A DNA stretch of 64,000 nt from an uncultured delta proteobacterium (GTDB lineage Bacteria; Desulfobacterota; Syntrophorhabdia; Syntrophorhabdales; WCHB1-27): assembly GCA_963717985.1 (NCBI GenBank), contig CAVQYC010000007.1, forward strand, positions 101,033-165,032, written 5' to 3'. The translations under genes and the position numbers were made by a program. Of this stretch, positions 27,000 through 37,129 are shown piece after piece (position 1 is the stretch's first letter; each line of letters starts with the position of its first letter). The notes beneath the pieces are model-generated. The model had not been told where the DNA came from. It saw nothing but the letters and a program-made list of their open reading frames with translations, and searched no databases.

Positions 27000-29900
27000 A
27001 TGAACGCAGAAGAAATAAAGACCATCCGTGCGAGACTGGGCTGTTCCCAACAGGAACTGGCCTCCATGCTTGGGGTCTCCTTTGCCACGGTCAACAGATG
27101 GGAGAATGGAAAGGCGAAGCCGCAGAAGGACAGATTAGATAGGATCCGCGCTTTGTTGGAGGAAAAGCTGTCCCCCGATGAGCCACTGCATCCTGTGGAA
27201 AGGCAGATGCAACTCATACCACGGCTTGATTTTGAAGGTGACCCCGAGGCCCTGAAGCTGGTTGTGGATGCCCATCGCCTTCAGAACGGACACCTTTTCA
27301 ACAAGGCATACGGACTTGAGCTTTCTCGCGTGGTCCCGCTGCCGCACCAGCGCATTGCGGTGTACGAGCATATGCTGCCCCAGAACCCTATGCGCTTCTT
27401 CCTCGCCGATGATGCCGGAGCCGGAAAAACCATCATGACCGGCCTTTACATCCGGGAGATGGTCAATCGTGGACGCCTATCCAGGGCCATCGTGTGTTGT
27501 CCCGCCGGTTTGACGTGGAATTGGCAGCGTGAGTTGAGACATTTCTTTGATCTCGACTTTGCGGTCCTTCGCGGGGTGGATTTCGCCAGAGGCAACCCCA
27601 TATCGGCAAACGGGAAATGCTTCGTCATCGTCAGCGTGGACACCGCAGCGACCGACGCTGTCAGAAATTTCCTGACATCGGAAGCAATCAATGCTTTCGA
27701 CCTGGTTGTTTTCGATGAGGCCCACAAGCTCTCATGGAACGACCCAAAAAGGGCGGATAGTAAAACACGCCGCTACCGGCTTGCTGAGACATTAGGCAGT
27801 AAAACAACCCATATGCTCCTCCTCACGGCGACCCCACACATGGGAAAGCCTTTCCCTTATTCGGCCCTATGGCGCCTCCTGGACCCGCACGTCTTTTCCT
27901 CTGAAGATGCCGTCTCGTCTTTATCGAAGGAAAAACAGTCAAAGTACTTTGCCAGACGCCTGAAAGAGGAGATGATCGATTATGAGGGGCGTCCGATTTA
28001 CATGCCCCGTCTCTGCCAGACTATCAGCTTCACACTTACCGAGGCGGAGCAATCCTTTTACAAAGAGACCTCGGAATACCTCCGCTGGAGTTACGAGACC
28101 AATACCACCCTCAACAGAAATGCGGCTGCCATGGTGGTGGCCGTGTTTCAGCGTCGCCTGGCCAGTTCCGTCTATGCGGTGTTGGAGTCGCTCAAACGGC
28201 GCCGCGCGCGAATCCTCCAAAACGCTTCGGATGGCTATGGGGGAGATCAGGCATCGGTTCCCGCTGTGTCTTTGCAGCACGTGATCGACTACTTTGATAA
28301 CAGCACGGCTGACGACAGCGAGCCAGCAGAGGACGGACGTGAAACGGATGAACATGTTGAGACAGCCGCCCTCAGTCTCGTGAAACCCGCAACGCCGGCG
28401 CAACTTCAAAGAGAATTGGAGTATCTCGAAAGGATCATTGAACTTGGCGAATCTGTCAGAGCGTCGCTCCAGGAGGCTAAGTTCTTCAAGCTTCGAGAGC
28501 TCATCGAATCGGCTCAATACCAAAATGAGAAGCTCCTCGTCTTTACAGAGCACCGGGATACCCTGGATTACCTGACACAGAGGTTCGAGGCCCTGGGGTA
28601 CACGGGGCAAATCGCGCACATCCACGGGGGTATGGCCGTGGAGGAGCGGGAGCGGCAGCGCATCTTCTTTATGTCACCGGAAATGCGTCGCTCCCAAGGG
28701 GTGAAAAATCACGATGATCCGAGCGCCAGGATTATGCTGGCTACTGACGCAGCGGGAGAAGGCATCAACCTGCAGTTCGCCTGGATCATGGTCAATTTCG
28801 ACATACCCTGGAATCCGGCCCGCCTGGAGCAGCGTATGGGAAGGCTCCACCGCTTTGGCCAAAGGCACCCGGAAGTTCGTATCTTCAACCTTGTTGCCGA
28901 GAATACGCGCGAAGGCGACGTGCTTGCAACGCTTCTCGAAAAACTGGAAGAGGCAAGAAAGGCCCTTTGCAGTGACAAGGTATTTGACGTCGTGGGCCAA
29001 CTGCTGCGAGACGTGTCACTCCGGGACCTTCTGAGGGATGCCCTTTTTGAGGCACCGCCTTACACCGCACAGAAAAAACTCGATTCGATCTTCGCCACGC
29101 AGAAACTGAGAGCGACTATCGAGGAACAAAGGAAGAATGCCTCTGCCTTTGGAGACGTGGCAAGACGGCTTGGTGAGCTAAACCGCGAGATAGATGCGGA
29201 GCGGTTCACCCGCCTCCTCCCCGCCTATGTTCAAAACTTCGTAGAGAAGGCCGCGCCTCGTCTTGGCGTGCAAATCGAAGGTGATCTGACCGGTGCAGCC
29301 CGCTTCGCTGTGTCGGGAAATGAAGGGCAATGGCTTTACCGGTTGGCAAATCACTTTTCCGGGGGCCTTCCTGATTACTTTTCCGTCCGGAACGATTTCT
29401 TTATAGAAGGAATCGATAGGTCCAGATGCGCCTTTCTTCGCCCAGGGGAGATCATCTTTGACGCCATGTGCAGCGAGACGATCAACCGCTTCCGGGCTGA
29501 TGTCATGAGAGGGGCAGCCTTTTGTGATCCCTTGGCGGAAAGGCCTTATTATCTCTCTGTCTACATCTGCCAGATCGGTGAGATCGAAGCAGGGTTTAAG
29601 GCTCAAAGACAAAAACCGATGAAAACTCTTTCCGACCGATTTCTGATGGGGATACGCTGGGACGAAGGAGGCAACTATGGAGAATGCGCCTTCAACCATT
29701 TGCTGGCCCTCCTCGCGGCCCAGCGCTCTCTCGTGTGGAAGGCGGGCACGCTCCTGGTGAACCCCGAAGAACAGGTCTATAAAGCAGACTCTTTCGCACG
29801 CGCGCTTGCCGACTCAACTGTCCTACAGCAGATACGATCGCGCTTGCGAACAGAAGCCTTTGCCCGGATCGATGATCTCACGAGAGGTTACGACTACTTG

Positions 29901-30512
29901 AGCAGTGAGTTGGCGCAGGCCCGTAGCGAGCTTGCCCGGCGCACCCGCGACGGGGACGCCGCCGCAATGCCGGAACTTGAAGACATCCGGAACAGGCAGA
30001 AACACCTTGAAGAAGACAAGGCCAAGGCAATGCTCTATGAGGAGCACCGTTCCGATCGTCTGGAGATCACCCACTTGGAGAGGATCGCGACCGCCCTCGT
30101 TGTCCCCGATACGACCCCTGCCGCGCAGGAGACCTATGACAATAGCATCGAAGAGATGGCCATGCGCATTGCCCGCAACTTCGAGGTGGACCGGTACAAG
30201 GCACGTGTTTACGATGTATCATCACCCCACCTAGCACGGGGGTATGATCTGGAGAGCCACCGCTCGAACGGTGAAAGAGTCGTCATAGAAGTGAAAGGAC
30301 GTGCGGGTCGCGGACCCATTCAACTGACAGAGAACGAATGGCCCACGGCAGCCAACGTCCGGGATCGCTACTGGCTCTACGTGGTGGTGGACTGCGCCAC
30401 AAAGCCCACACTCTATAGAGTCCAGGACCCGGCTTTCAAGCTGGCCGTGAAGACGCGACAAAGCTTCACCATAAATATCGGCGACATTATACAGGAGGCG
30501 GAAAGAGACTGA
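27000..30512 (+). CDS. XRE-HTH :: SNF2-family helicase :: DUF3883 (PD-(D/E)xK-like) fusion protein
   Basis: HTH: IKTIRARLGCSQQELASMLGVSFATVNRWENGKAKP. Helicase motifs: DDAGAGKT, VVFDEAHKL, LLLTATPHMG, LATDAAGEGINLQ, QRMGRLHRFGQ. C-terminus: GYDLESHRSNGERVVIEVKG...LTENEW...YWLYVV. Start set at the ATG at 27000 because the -10 box overlaps the ATG at 26988. Confidence 0.85.
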   Translation: MNAEEIKTIRARLGCSQQELASMLGVSFATVNRWENGKAKPQKDRLDRIRALLEEKLSPDEPLHPVERQMQLIPRLDFEGDPEALKLVVDAHRLQNGHLFNKAYGLELSRVVPLPHQRIAVYEHMLPQNPMRFFLADDAGAGKTIMTGLYIREMVNRGRLSRAIVCCPAGLTWNWQRELRHFFDLDFAVLRGVDFARGNPISANGKCFVIVSVDTAATDAVRNFLTSEAINAFDLVVFDEAHKLSWNDPKRADSKTRRYRLAETLGSKTTHMLLLTATPHMGKPFPYSALWRLLDPHVFSSEDAVSSLSKEKQSKYFARRLKEEMIDYEGRPIYMPRLCQTISFTLTEAEQSFYKETSEYLRWSYETNTTLNRNAAAMVVAVFQRRLASSVYAVLESLKRRRARILQNASDGYGGDQASVPAVSLQHVIDYFDNSTADDSEPAEDGRETDEHVETAALSLVKPATPAQLQRELEYLERIIELGESVRASLQEAKFFKLRELIESAQYQNEKLLVFTEHRDTLDYLTQRFEALGYTGQIAHIHGGMAVEERERQRIFFMSPEMRRSQGVKNHDDPSARIMLATDAAGEGINLQFAWIMVNFDIPWNPARLEQRMGRLHRFGQRHPEVRIFNLVAENTREGDVLATLLEKLEEARKALCSDKVFDVVGQLLRDVSLRDLLRDALFEAPPYTAQKKLDSIFATQKLRATIEEQRKNASAFGDVARRLGELNREIDAERFTRLLPAYVQNFVEKAAPRLGVQIEGDLTGAARFAVSGNEGQWLYRLANHFSGGLPDYFSVRNDFFIEGIDRSRCAFLRPGEIIFDAMCSETINRFRADVMRGAAFCDPLAERPYYLSVYICQIGEIEAGFKAQRQKPMKTLSDRFLMGIRWDEGGNYGECAFNHLLALLAAQRSLVWKAGTLLVNPEEQVYKADSFARALADSTVLQQIRSRLRTEAFARIDDLTRGYDYLSSELAQARSELARRTRDGDAAAMPELEDIRNRQKHLEEDKAKAMLYEEHRSDRLEITHLERIATALVVPDTTPAAQETYDNSIEEMAMRIARNFEVDRYKARVYDVSSPHLARGYDLESHRSNGERVVIEVKGRAGRGPIQLTENEWPTAANVRDRYWLYVVVDCATKPTLYRVQDPAFKLAVKTRQSFTINIGDIIQEAERD

Positions 30513-30513
30513 G

Positions 30514-33500
30514 ATGGTAGATAAAACGAGGCTCATCGAGGTGGCCTTCCCCGTGAAGCAGGCGTCTGTGGCCAGTGTGCATGAAAAGAACGTGAGACAC
30601 GGGCACATCTCGACCCTCCATATTTGGCCGGCCCGACGTCCCTTGGCGGCATGTCGCGCGGCCCTTTTAGCGACACTTCTTCCTGACCCCGGCGATCCAC
30701 AAAAGCGTCAGGAGCTTCTGGACCGGATCGGCGGCGCAGTGGCCATTAAGAACGTAAAGTCCACGGACGATGACGGGTTGAGCGTTACAGAAGAAAAAGA
30801 GGTGCTGGAGGACGGAGTACTTGCGTGGGGGCAGGAGAATGGCCCTGCCATGGCGGAATTCAGGGCCATGATTCGCGAGTACTACGGAGATAAGGCCCCC
30901 AAAGTCCTTGATCCCTTTGCCGGGGGTGGTGCGATTCCGCTCGAAGCAATGAGACTCGGATGCGACGTGACCGCATCGGACATCAACCCCGTGGCATGGT
31001 TCATACTGAAGTGTACCTTGGACTATCCGGCCCGATTCGCCGGGAAGAAGTGGCCTCTTCCCGAATTCGTAAAGGAATGGCCCGATTTCATCGAAGACTT
31101 TCAGACAGGAAAGGTCAAAAAAAGGAGGGGAGGGGCCGCCAGGGCATTCTTCGATCCACTGCAACTCACCTTTCTCGAGTTGCCTGAGGCCGATCTTGCC
31201 TGGCATGTGAGGGCCTGGGGGCGATGGGTCCTCGAACGGGCTCGGGCAGACCTGGCATCCCGCTACCCCGTCATCAATGGCGAACCTACGGTGGCATACC
31301 TTTGGGCGCGTACCGGTCGGGACAAGGCGGCGCCTTACGGGCGCATCCCGCTGCTCAAGACATTCTGGCTGTGCAAGAAGAAAGGTCGCCGAAGCGCGAT
31401 AATGCCCGTTCCGAAGGCGGACGGATCGGGGGTTGATTTCAGGATTCTCGATGAAAGGTTCTTTACCCATGGAGTACAGAAGCTCCATGATGACTATCCC
31501 CACCTGAAGACGTGGGAGGTGACGGCAGATGGTGTGAGCGAATTCCTTAACAAAGGTACGATGAACCGGGCGGGTGCATGGAGCCCCTGCACGGGGCGAC
31601 CGGGGTTGATCGCGCTCACGATGGACGACCTGCGCCGCCAGGGGCAACAGGGCCTCCTGGGGACACAGATGACCGCAGTCGTCGTTGAAGCGACGAAGCC
31701 GGGCAAAAAAACAACCTTCAAGAAGTATCGCCTGCCGGAAGAACAGGAACTGAAGGCGGCTGAAGTGGAAATTGAAGATCTGGAGGCGGTTTTCAAGGAT
31801 ATCCCTTTCGGTATTCCCGATGAGCCAACGCCGGCGGGTGGGGGTAGTGGAGCGTCGAGGGCATTTTCGCTTCACCAATATGGAATGAAGAAATGGCGTG
31901 ACATGTTCACCCCGCGGCAGTTGTTGGCATTAGGGGTGTTTGTCAAGCATACACGAAAGGCAATGGAGGAGATTGCGGGCCATGACGGTTTGGAGGTGCA
32001 GAAGGAGGCAGAGGCGATAGGAGGTTATCTTTCTATGATTCTCGACCGAGTTGCTGACCGCGGCAGTGCGGTGTGTTCTTGGACTTTGGCTCGGGAGAAC
32101 ATCCGAAACACTTTCTCACGGTTTGCCCTTCCTGTCGCGTGGGATTTTTGTGAGAGCGGGACCACAGTTGAAACCTCAGGTGGGTATCCAGGTCAGGTAG
32201 AACTCGTTGCACAATTCGTGGAACATGCCCTTCACATTGAGGTTCCGAGCAAATACGTTACGATACATAAACAATCGGCCACAGAACCTCAGAGCACGCC
32301 AGTCAGTCTGATTCTCACCGATCCTCCTTACTATGATGCAATTCCCTATTCAGACTTGATGGATTTCTTTCACATATTTTTACGGCGCGTCCTGCGCGGC
32401 CTTTGTCCTGCAATCGATCAAGCCTTTGATACGCCGCTTTCGCCAAAGTGGGATCGAGAGAGAAATGATGGAGAGCTGATTGATGATGAATCGAGGTTTG
32501 ATGGCAATAGAGAGAAATCCAAGAAGGCCTATGAGGACGGGATGGCGAAAGCGTTTCAGAACTGTCTTGACGGCCTCGAAGAACACGGTCGTTTGGTGGT
32601 AGTCTTTGCCAACAAAGAAGTGGTCGCGTGGGAGACACTCATTGCTGCCCTTATCCGCAGTGGGGCTGTCGTAACGGCAAGCTGGCCTATCCAGACAGAA
32701 CGGACTGAGCGCGTCCGGAATGTAGCCGCTGCCGGCCTTGCTTCCTCCGTCTGGATCGTCTGCCGCAAAAGAGACAAGTTCTCTCAGCCGGGCTGGGAAG
32801 AGGCGGTGCTGGATCAGATGAGGCAGAAGCTCTTCGAGCCGCGAGAGGCCTTGGGCGGGAGAAACATATTGCAGTACTATTTCGATCTCGGTATCCGGGG
32901 GCCCGACTTCATCTGGGCGGCCCTCGGTCCGGCCCTTGAAGCCTACAGCGCCCACCCCTATGTCAAGAAGCCGGCGGGCGGGATCATGACGGTCCCCGAA
33001 TTCCTGAAAGAAGTACGGAGGCTCGTGCTCCATTTCTCTCTGGGGGAGTTGCCCGGCTTTCGGGAAATTCAGCAGAGCACCCAAGGCCGCGGCGAAGGGA
33101 TAGAGCTCGATCCCGTCACCCAATATTACCTCCTCCACAGGGCTTATTTCGGTCTCGGCCAGTCGCCTGCAGGGGCATGTATCCTTTACGCCAATGCCTG
33201 TGGGAAGAATGAGACAGAACTGAAGATGGTCTGGAACATCATCGAACAGGGCGGGAAATCGAAGAGAGGCAGGCCATCTGCAAAGGATTCCGATAACGGC
33301 GATGAGGAAGCCGAATCCAAGGGGAATGAGTATCGCCTCTTGGGATGGCAGGAAAGGATCGGACGCGACGATTTGGGCGAATTGAGGGCAGGAATGGCTC
33401 CGCCCCTCATCGACCGGCTTCATAGGCTCATGTTCCTCTTCCAGCAGAATCGTGCTGGTGAGGTTCAGCAAACCTTTGACGGCTGGGGCCTCTCCAGTGA

Positions 33501-33717
33501 ACGGGCCTTTGCCCCCCTCCTCCAGGCGGTTCGCGAACTGGCGCTCCGGGACAACGATGATACGGAGAGGCGGCTCGTCGAAGCCTTGGCCGTGCAGTTG
33601 AAGATGAACAAGCGCACGATCTTGGTGAATAACGTGCCAACCGAAGTGCCCATGTTCGAGGCGATAGCCCCCGCAACACGCCCTTTGTCAAAGGCGGGGG
33701 ATGAAGGCGTTGAATGA
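30514..33717 (+). CDS. DUF1156-type DNA methyltransferase (DPPY, N6-A/N4-C class)
   Basis: N-terminal DUF1156 signature EVAFPVKQAS...HIWPARRPLAACRA. SAM-binding motif VLDPFAGGGAIPLEA. Catalytic motif ILTDPPYYDAIPYSD about 440 aa downstream. Confidence 0.85.
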   Translation: MVDKTRLIEVAFPVKQASVASVHEKNVRHGHISTLHIWPARRPLAACRAALLATLLPDPGDPQKRQELLDRIGGAVAIKNVKSTDDDGLSVTEEKEVLEDGVLAWGQENGPAMAEFRAMIREYYGDKAPKVLDPFAGGGAIPLEAMRLGCDVTASDINPVAWFILKCTLDYPARFAGKKWPLPEFVKEWPDFIEDFQTGKVKKRRGGAARAFFDPLQLTFLELPEADLAWHVRAWGRWVLERARADLASRYPVINGEPTVAYLWARTGRDKAAPYGRIPLLKTFWLCKKKGRRSAIMPVPKADGSGVDFRILDERFFTHGVQKLHDDYPHLKTWEVTADGVSEFLNKGTMNRAGAWSPCTGRPGLIALTMDDLRRQGQQGLLGTQMTAVVVEATKPGKKTTFKKYRLPEEQELKAAEVEIEDLEAVFKDIPFGIPDEPTPAGGGSGASRAFSLHQYGMKKWRDMFTPRQLLALGVFVKHTRKAMEEIAGHDGLEVQKEAEAIGGYLSMILDRVADRGSAVCSWTLARENIRNTFSRFALPVAWDFCESGTTVETSGGYPGQVELVAQFVEHALHIEVPSKYVTIHKQSATEPQSTPVSLILTDPPYYDAIPYSDLMDFFHIFLRRVLRGLCPAIDQAFDTPLSPKWDRERNDGELIDDESRFDGNREKSKKAYEDGMAKAFQNCLDGLEEHGRLVVVFANKEVVAWETLIAALIRSGAVVTASWPIQTERTERVRNVAAAGLASSVWIVCRKRDKFSQPGWEEAVLDQMRQKLFEPREALGGRNILQYYFDLGIRGPDFIWAALGPALEAYSAHPYVKKPAGGIMTVPEFLKEVRRLVLHFSLGELPGFREIQQSTQGRGEGIELDPVTQYYLLHRAYFGLGQSPAGACILYANACGKNETELKMVWNIIEQGGKSKRGRPSAKDSDNGDEEAESKGNEYRLLGWQERIGRDDLGELRAGMAPPLIDRLHRLMFLFQQNRAGEVQQTFDGWGLSSERAFAPLLQAVRELALRDNDDTERRLVEALAVQLKMNKRTILVNNVPTEVPMFEAIAPATRPLSKAGDEGVE

Positions 33718-33741
33718 AGAGACTGACAGCGAGGTGCGCAC

Positions 33742-36700
33742 ATGAGTAAATCCTTTACCATTCTGCCGTGGAAGGAAACCTGTATTCTCCGAAAAGAGAT
33801 CAAGGAACGAACGCTGACGGCGAGTGATTTCGCGATTGATCTCCATAAGGTAACCTTCGGCGGGCCTGGGGAAAAGCCTTACTACTGCGATCCGGCCCGA
33901 TTCTTCTCCACGACCTATGCCACCCAGAACCTACGGCAATTCTGCAAGGTTGTTTTGAGGCGACTGGCAAAACTCCCTGGCGGTGAATCGATCATCAACG
34001 TATCCCAGACCTTCGGCGGCGGGAAGTCGCATACCTTGACGACCCTGTACTACCTTACCTCTCTTGGCCCCGGTCTACCGGTCAAAGAAACATCCGTGGG
34101 CATGATACTCAATGAAGCCCAGATCAAGAACCCGCCCGGAGCAAGAGTGGCAGCGGTGTCTTTCGACAAGGTGGATTGGAAGGCAGGAGGCGAAGTGAGA
34201 TCACCCGATGGGGAAATCCGGCGCTTCCGGATGCCCTGGAATTTGATTGCCTGGCAGCTTCTCGGACAGAAGGGTCTCGACATATTGAAACGCGACGAAG
34301 CAGAGCCCGATTTTGATACACCGCCGGCAGACACCCTTTGGGCAGAGGTCCTCAGTGAGGTCGAATCTTCGGGTAACGGCGCGCTTATTCTTCTTGATGA
34401 GTTTCTCATGTGGGCGCACGATGCTGGGTTGCCCGATCCTACGGGAGAAAGCAAGGAGCGCGGACCGTTTTGGTATGACCGGCTCAAGAATTTCTTTCAG
34501 AAACTCGCCCAGGCCGTCGAGTCTTCGGGGCGTTCCTGTCTGGTGGTCTCCCTTCTTGCTACAGACCCATCGAAAATCGTCGACGACGTGGGGCAATCAA
34601 TCCTAACTGCGTGCAACGGCGGGTTGGGAAGACAGGCAACAATCCAGTCGCCCGTTGAGAAGGATGACCTTGCGGAGCTTCTGAGGCGGCGAATGTTCGA
34701 GCAGTATCCGGAAAACGTGACAGATCGTCATAAACATATTCTCGCCTTCTGGTCGAGGATGAAGGCGGCCGAGCCGATCCGGGCCAAGATGCCTGACTCG
34801 GAAGAGCGCCTCAAAGAATCCTATCCCTTTCACCCCGATCTTCTTGACCGATTCTTCGGAAAATGGGTTGAACTGCATCAATTTCAGCGGACCAGAGGGG
34901 TGCTTCAGACCTTCGCCATGGCCCTGCGCGACGCCGCGAATTGGGACACATCTCCCTTGATTGGCGCCCAGGTCTTTCTCTCGGCGCCTGGACAGGTGGG
35001 GTTGAGCGAGGCCCTATTGAAGCTTACCCAGGCAGCGAGGGATTCCGACCCCGACCACAAGTTCCCGCCATGGCGAGAAAACCTGGAAACCGAACTTCCA
35101 AGGGCGCTAGAAGCGCAAAAGGCGGATGCGGCTACCCTTACGGGAAGGGAGATCGAAGCGGCCTGCGTTGCAGCATTCATTTTTTCCCAACCCGTTGGAG
35201 AGCAGGCGGAGCTGGGCGATCTACGGTGGCTCCTCGGTGCAACCTGCGACATGCCCGCCGTGCTCAATGCAGGCCTTTCCTCCTGGGCGCGAGTCTCCTG
35301 GTACCTTGAGGAATGCGACAGTACGGAAGCAGGAACAGGCGTACCGAGATTCTGGAGGCTGGGACCGAAGCCTAATCTAAATCAAGTTCATGACTCCTAC
35401 AAACGCCAGGCCCTGAAACACGCAAAGACAAAGTTTGATGAACTTGCAAAGACAAAATGTCCTCCCCTCTTTGCTGACATCGATCAGTATAAGGTAAAGG
35501 CGCACAAACTTCCGACGGCACCCGCTGATGTCGAGGATGACGGCCAGTTTCGGTTGGTTGTGCTGGGAGCCGAGTGTGCCGGGGTAATCGGCAACCCGCC
35601 CTATGCGAAGGCGGTCGACTTTATCCGGACCCACTCATCACCGGCAGACCAGCGCACGTATCAGAACATCGTCCTTGTTGTAACGCCGAGCGTGACCGGT
35701 CTGCACCAAGCCGAGCAACACATTGCTGACTGGATGGCGTGGGGAGAGATTAAGGTTTCGGGCAAGTTCGCTGAGCTGGACACATTCCAACAGGAGACGG
35801 TAAGAAAGCGGGAAAAGGAAACTCTTCAGGAGGCGCAGGGCGCCGTCAGGAATGCTTACGAAATTGTCCTCTACCTCGATAAGGACGGGGCAATTCTGTC
35901 GCGGAAAATCACCATAGGTGCGCAGTCTTTAATGGCGACCCTTTTGCTTGAGAAAGATCTCCGCCTCCTCACCGAGAAGATAGACGCAACGGCCATCATG
36001 CCCGGAGGACCCTACGCAATTTGGCCGCCCGGTGACGCGTGCGTGCGTGTCCCCGATCTTTACCAGGCCTTCGGCCAACAGGCAAAGCTGCCTAAGCTTC
36101 TCAATAGACAGGTTGTGGTCAATACCATTGAAGATGCGGTGAAGCGCGGGGTTCTTGCCTTGCGCTGTGTGAGATCAGACGGCTCGGAGCAGTGGTTCTG
36201 GCACGGCCCTATCGACATGGCCGATTGGGAGCAGATCGCGGAGGCATGGCTACCGCAGAATGCGAAGCTGAGTTCCTTAAGCCCATCAGGAGTATTGCCA
36301 GAGTCTTTGCCCGGCCTTTGGCCCAAGGATGATCAGGGCGTGCGGCTCTCTAATCTCTATGGCTGGTTTGACGGAAGCCACTTTTTCGAAGAACAGGCCC
36401 TTCCCGGTTATCCCACCGAGCTTCGCCCAATTCCACCGGTGGATTACAAAACCGTCCAGATTGCGGTGAGTTCCGCGGTAGCGAACGGCGCACTCTGGCT
36501 GATTTACGGAAATGAAAGCGTTTTTAAAGAAAAGCCATCGGCTGTCCAGCTTGATCCGGATACCGTGCTCTACCGGCCTCCTCAGCCGCTTGCCGCCATC
36601 GATTTCCTTCCCGGGTCTTTGCCTGACGCCTGGACCAAAGAGGACGAGCCCACAACCGATGTAGAAGCGCTTTATGCAGGAATCAAGGCCGTTCGCGGCA

Positions 36701-37074
36701 AGCCATGGCCGGAGAAGCTCTTCCTGGACGGCCTCAATAGCGCTATCGGCCAGGGGTACGTTCACCGAAGTTCCGGTACCGTCCCGATAAGCTCGCTGCA
36801 ACATGACGGCAAGTGTGGATTGGTCATAAAGAATTCAGCGCCTCCGCCTCCGCCGACAACGCCGGTCTCAGGCGGACGTCGAAAAACCAACATGGTGACA
36901 CTCAATGTTTCCGATGTGCAGACCCTGAGTGACGAACTCTATCACCTCACGAAACTTTTGGCCGGATGCGACCCCGTGGTTGAAGCATGCATCAGCATCA
37001 AACCGAAAGAAGGGATAGATTTGAAGGCCGTGGAAGAGGTTTTGAAAAAGATTAAGAATGATTGGAAGTTTTGA
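33742..37074 (+). CDS. DUF499-type large ATPase
   Basis: N-terminal region with FFSTTYATQNLRQF and the P-loop-like SQTFGGGKSHTLTTLYYL. 1110 aa. Positioned after the DUF1156 methylase, the gene order I recall for DUF1156-DUF499 loci. Confidence 0.8.
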   Translation: MSKSFTILPWKETCILRKEIKERTLTASDFAIDLHKVTFGGPGEKPYYCDPARFFSTTYATQNLRQFCKVVLRRLAKLPGGESIINVSQTFGGGKSHTLTTLYYLTSLGPGLPVKETSVGMILNEAQIKNPPGARVAAVSFDKVDWKAGGEVRSPDGEIRRFRMPWNLIAWQLLGQKGLDILKRDEAEPDFDTPPADTLWAEVLSEVESSGNGALILLDEFLMWAHDAGLPDPTGESKERGPFWYDRLKNFFQKLAQAVESSGRSCLVVSLLATDPSKIVDDVGQSILTACNGGLGRQATIQSPVEKDDLAELLRRRMFEQYPENVTDRHKHILAFWSRMKAAEPIRAKMPDSEERLKESYPFHPDLLDRFFGKWVELHQFQRTRGVLQTFAMALRDAANWDTSPLIGAQVFLSAPGQVGLSEALLKLTQAARDSDPDHKFPPWRENLETELPRALEAQKADAATLTGREIEAACVAAFIFSQPVGEQAELGDLRWLLGATCDMPAVLNAGLSSWARVSWYLEECDSTEAGTGVPRFWRLGPKPNLNQVHDSYKRQALKHAKTKFDELAKTKCPPLFADIDQYKVKAHKLPTAPADVEDDGQFRLVVLGAECAGVIGNPPYAKAVDFIRTHSSPADQRTYQNIVLVVTPSVTGLHQAEQHIADWMAWGEIKVSGKFAELDTFQQETVRKREKETLQEAQGAVRNAYEIVLYLDKDGAILSRKITIGAQSLMATLLLEKDLRLLTEKIDATAIMPGGPYAIWPPGDACVRVPDLYQAFGQQAKLPKLLNRQVVVNTIEDAVKRGVLALRCVRSDGSEQWFWHGPIDMADWEQIAEAWLPQNAKLSSLSPSGVLPESLPGLWPKDDQGVRLSNLYGWFDGSHFFEEQALPGYPTELRPIPPVDYKTVQIAVSSAVANGALWLIYGNESVFKEKPSAVQLDPDTVLYRPPQPLAAIDFLPGSLPDAWTKEDEPTTDVEALYAGIKAVRGKPWPEKLFLDGLNSAIGQGYVHRSSGTVPISSLQHDGKCGLVIKNSAPPPPPTTPVSGGRRKTNMVTLNVSDVQTLSDELYHLTKLLAGCDPVVEACISIKPKEGIDLKAVEEVLKKIKNDWKF

Positions 37075-37129
37075 TAATGACCGCCTTCATCAGGTTGGCA
37101 GGATAAATTCTCCAAACGGGGAGGGCAAT

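Noticed and set aside
30667-33471. Two long minus-strand ORFs (403 aa and 363 aa) inside the methyltransferase gene
   Set aside because: Antisense to a gene with clear DUF1156, SAM-binding and DPPY motifs. They are low-complexity Arg/Pro-rich translations.
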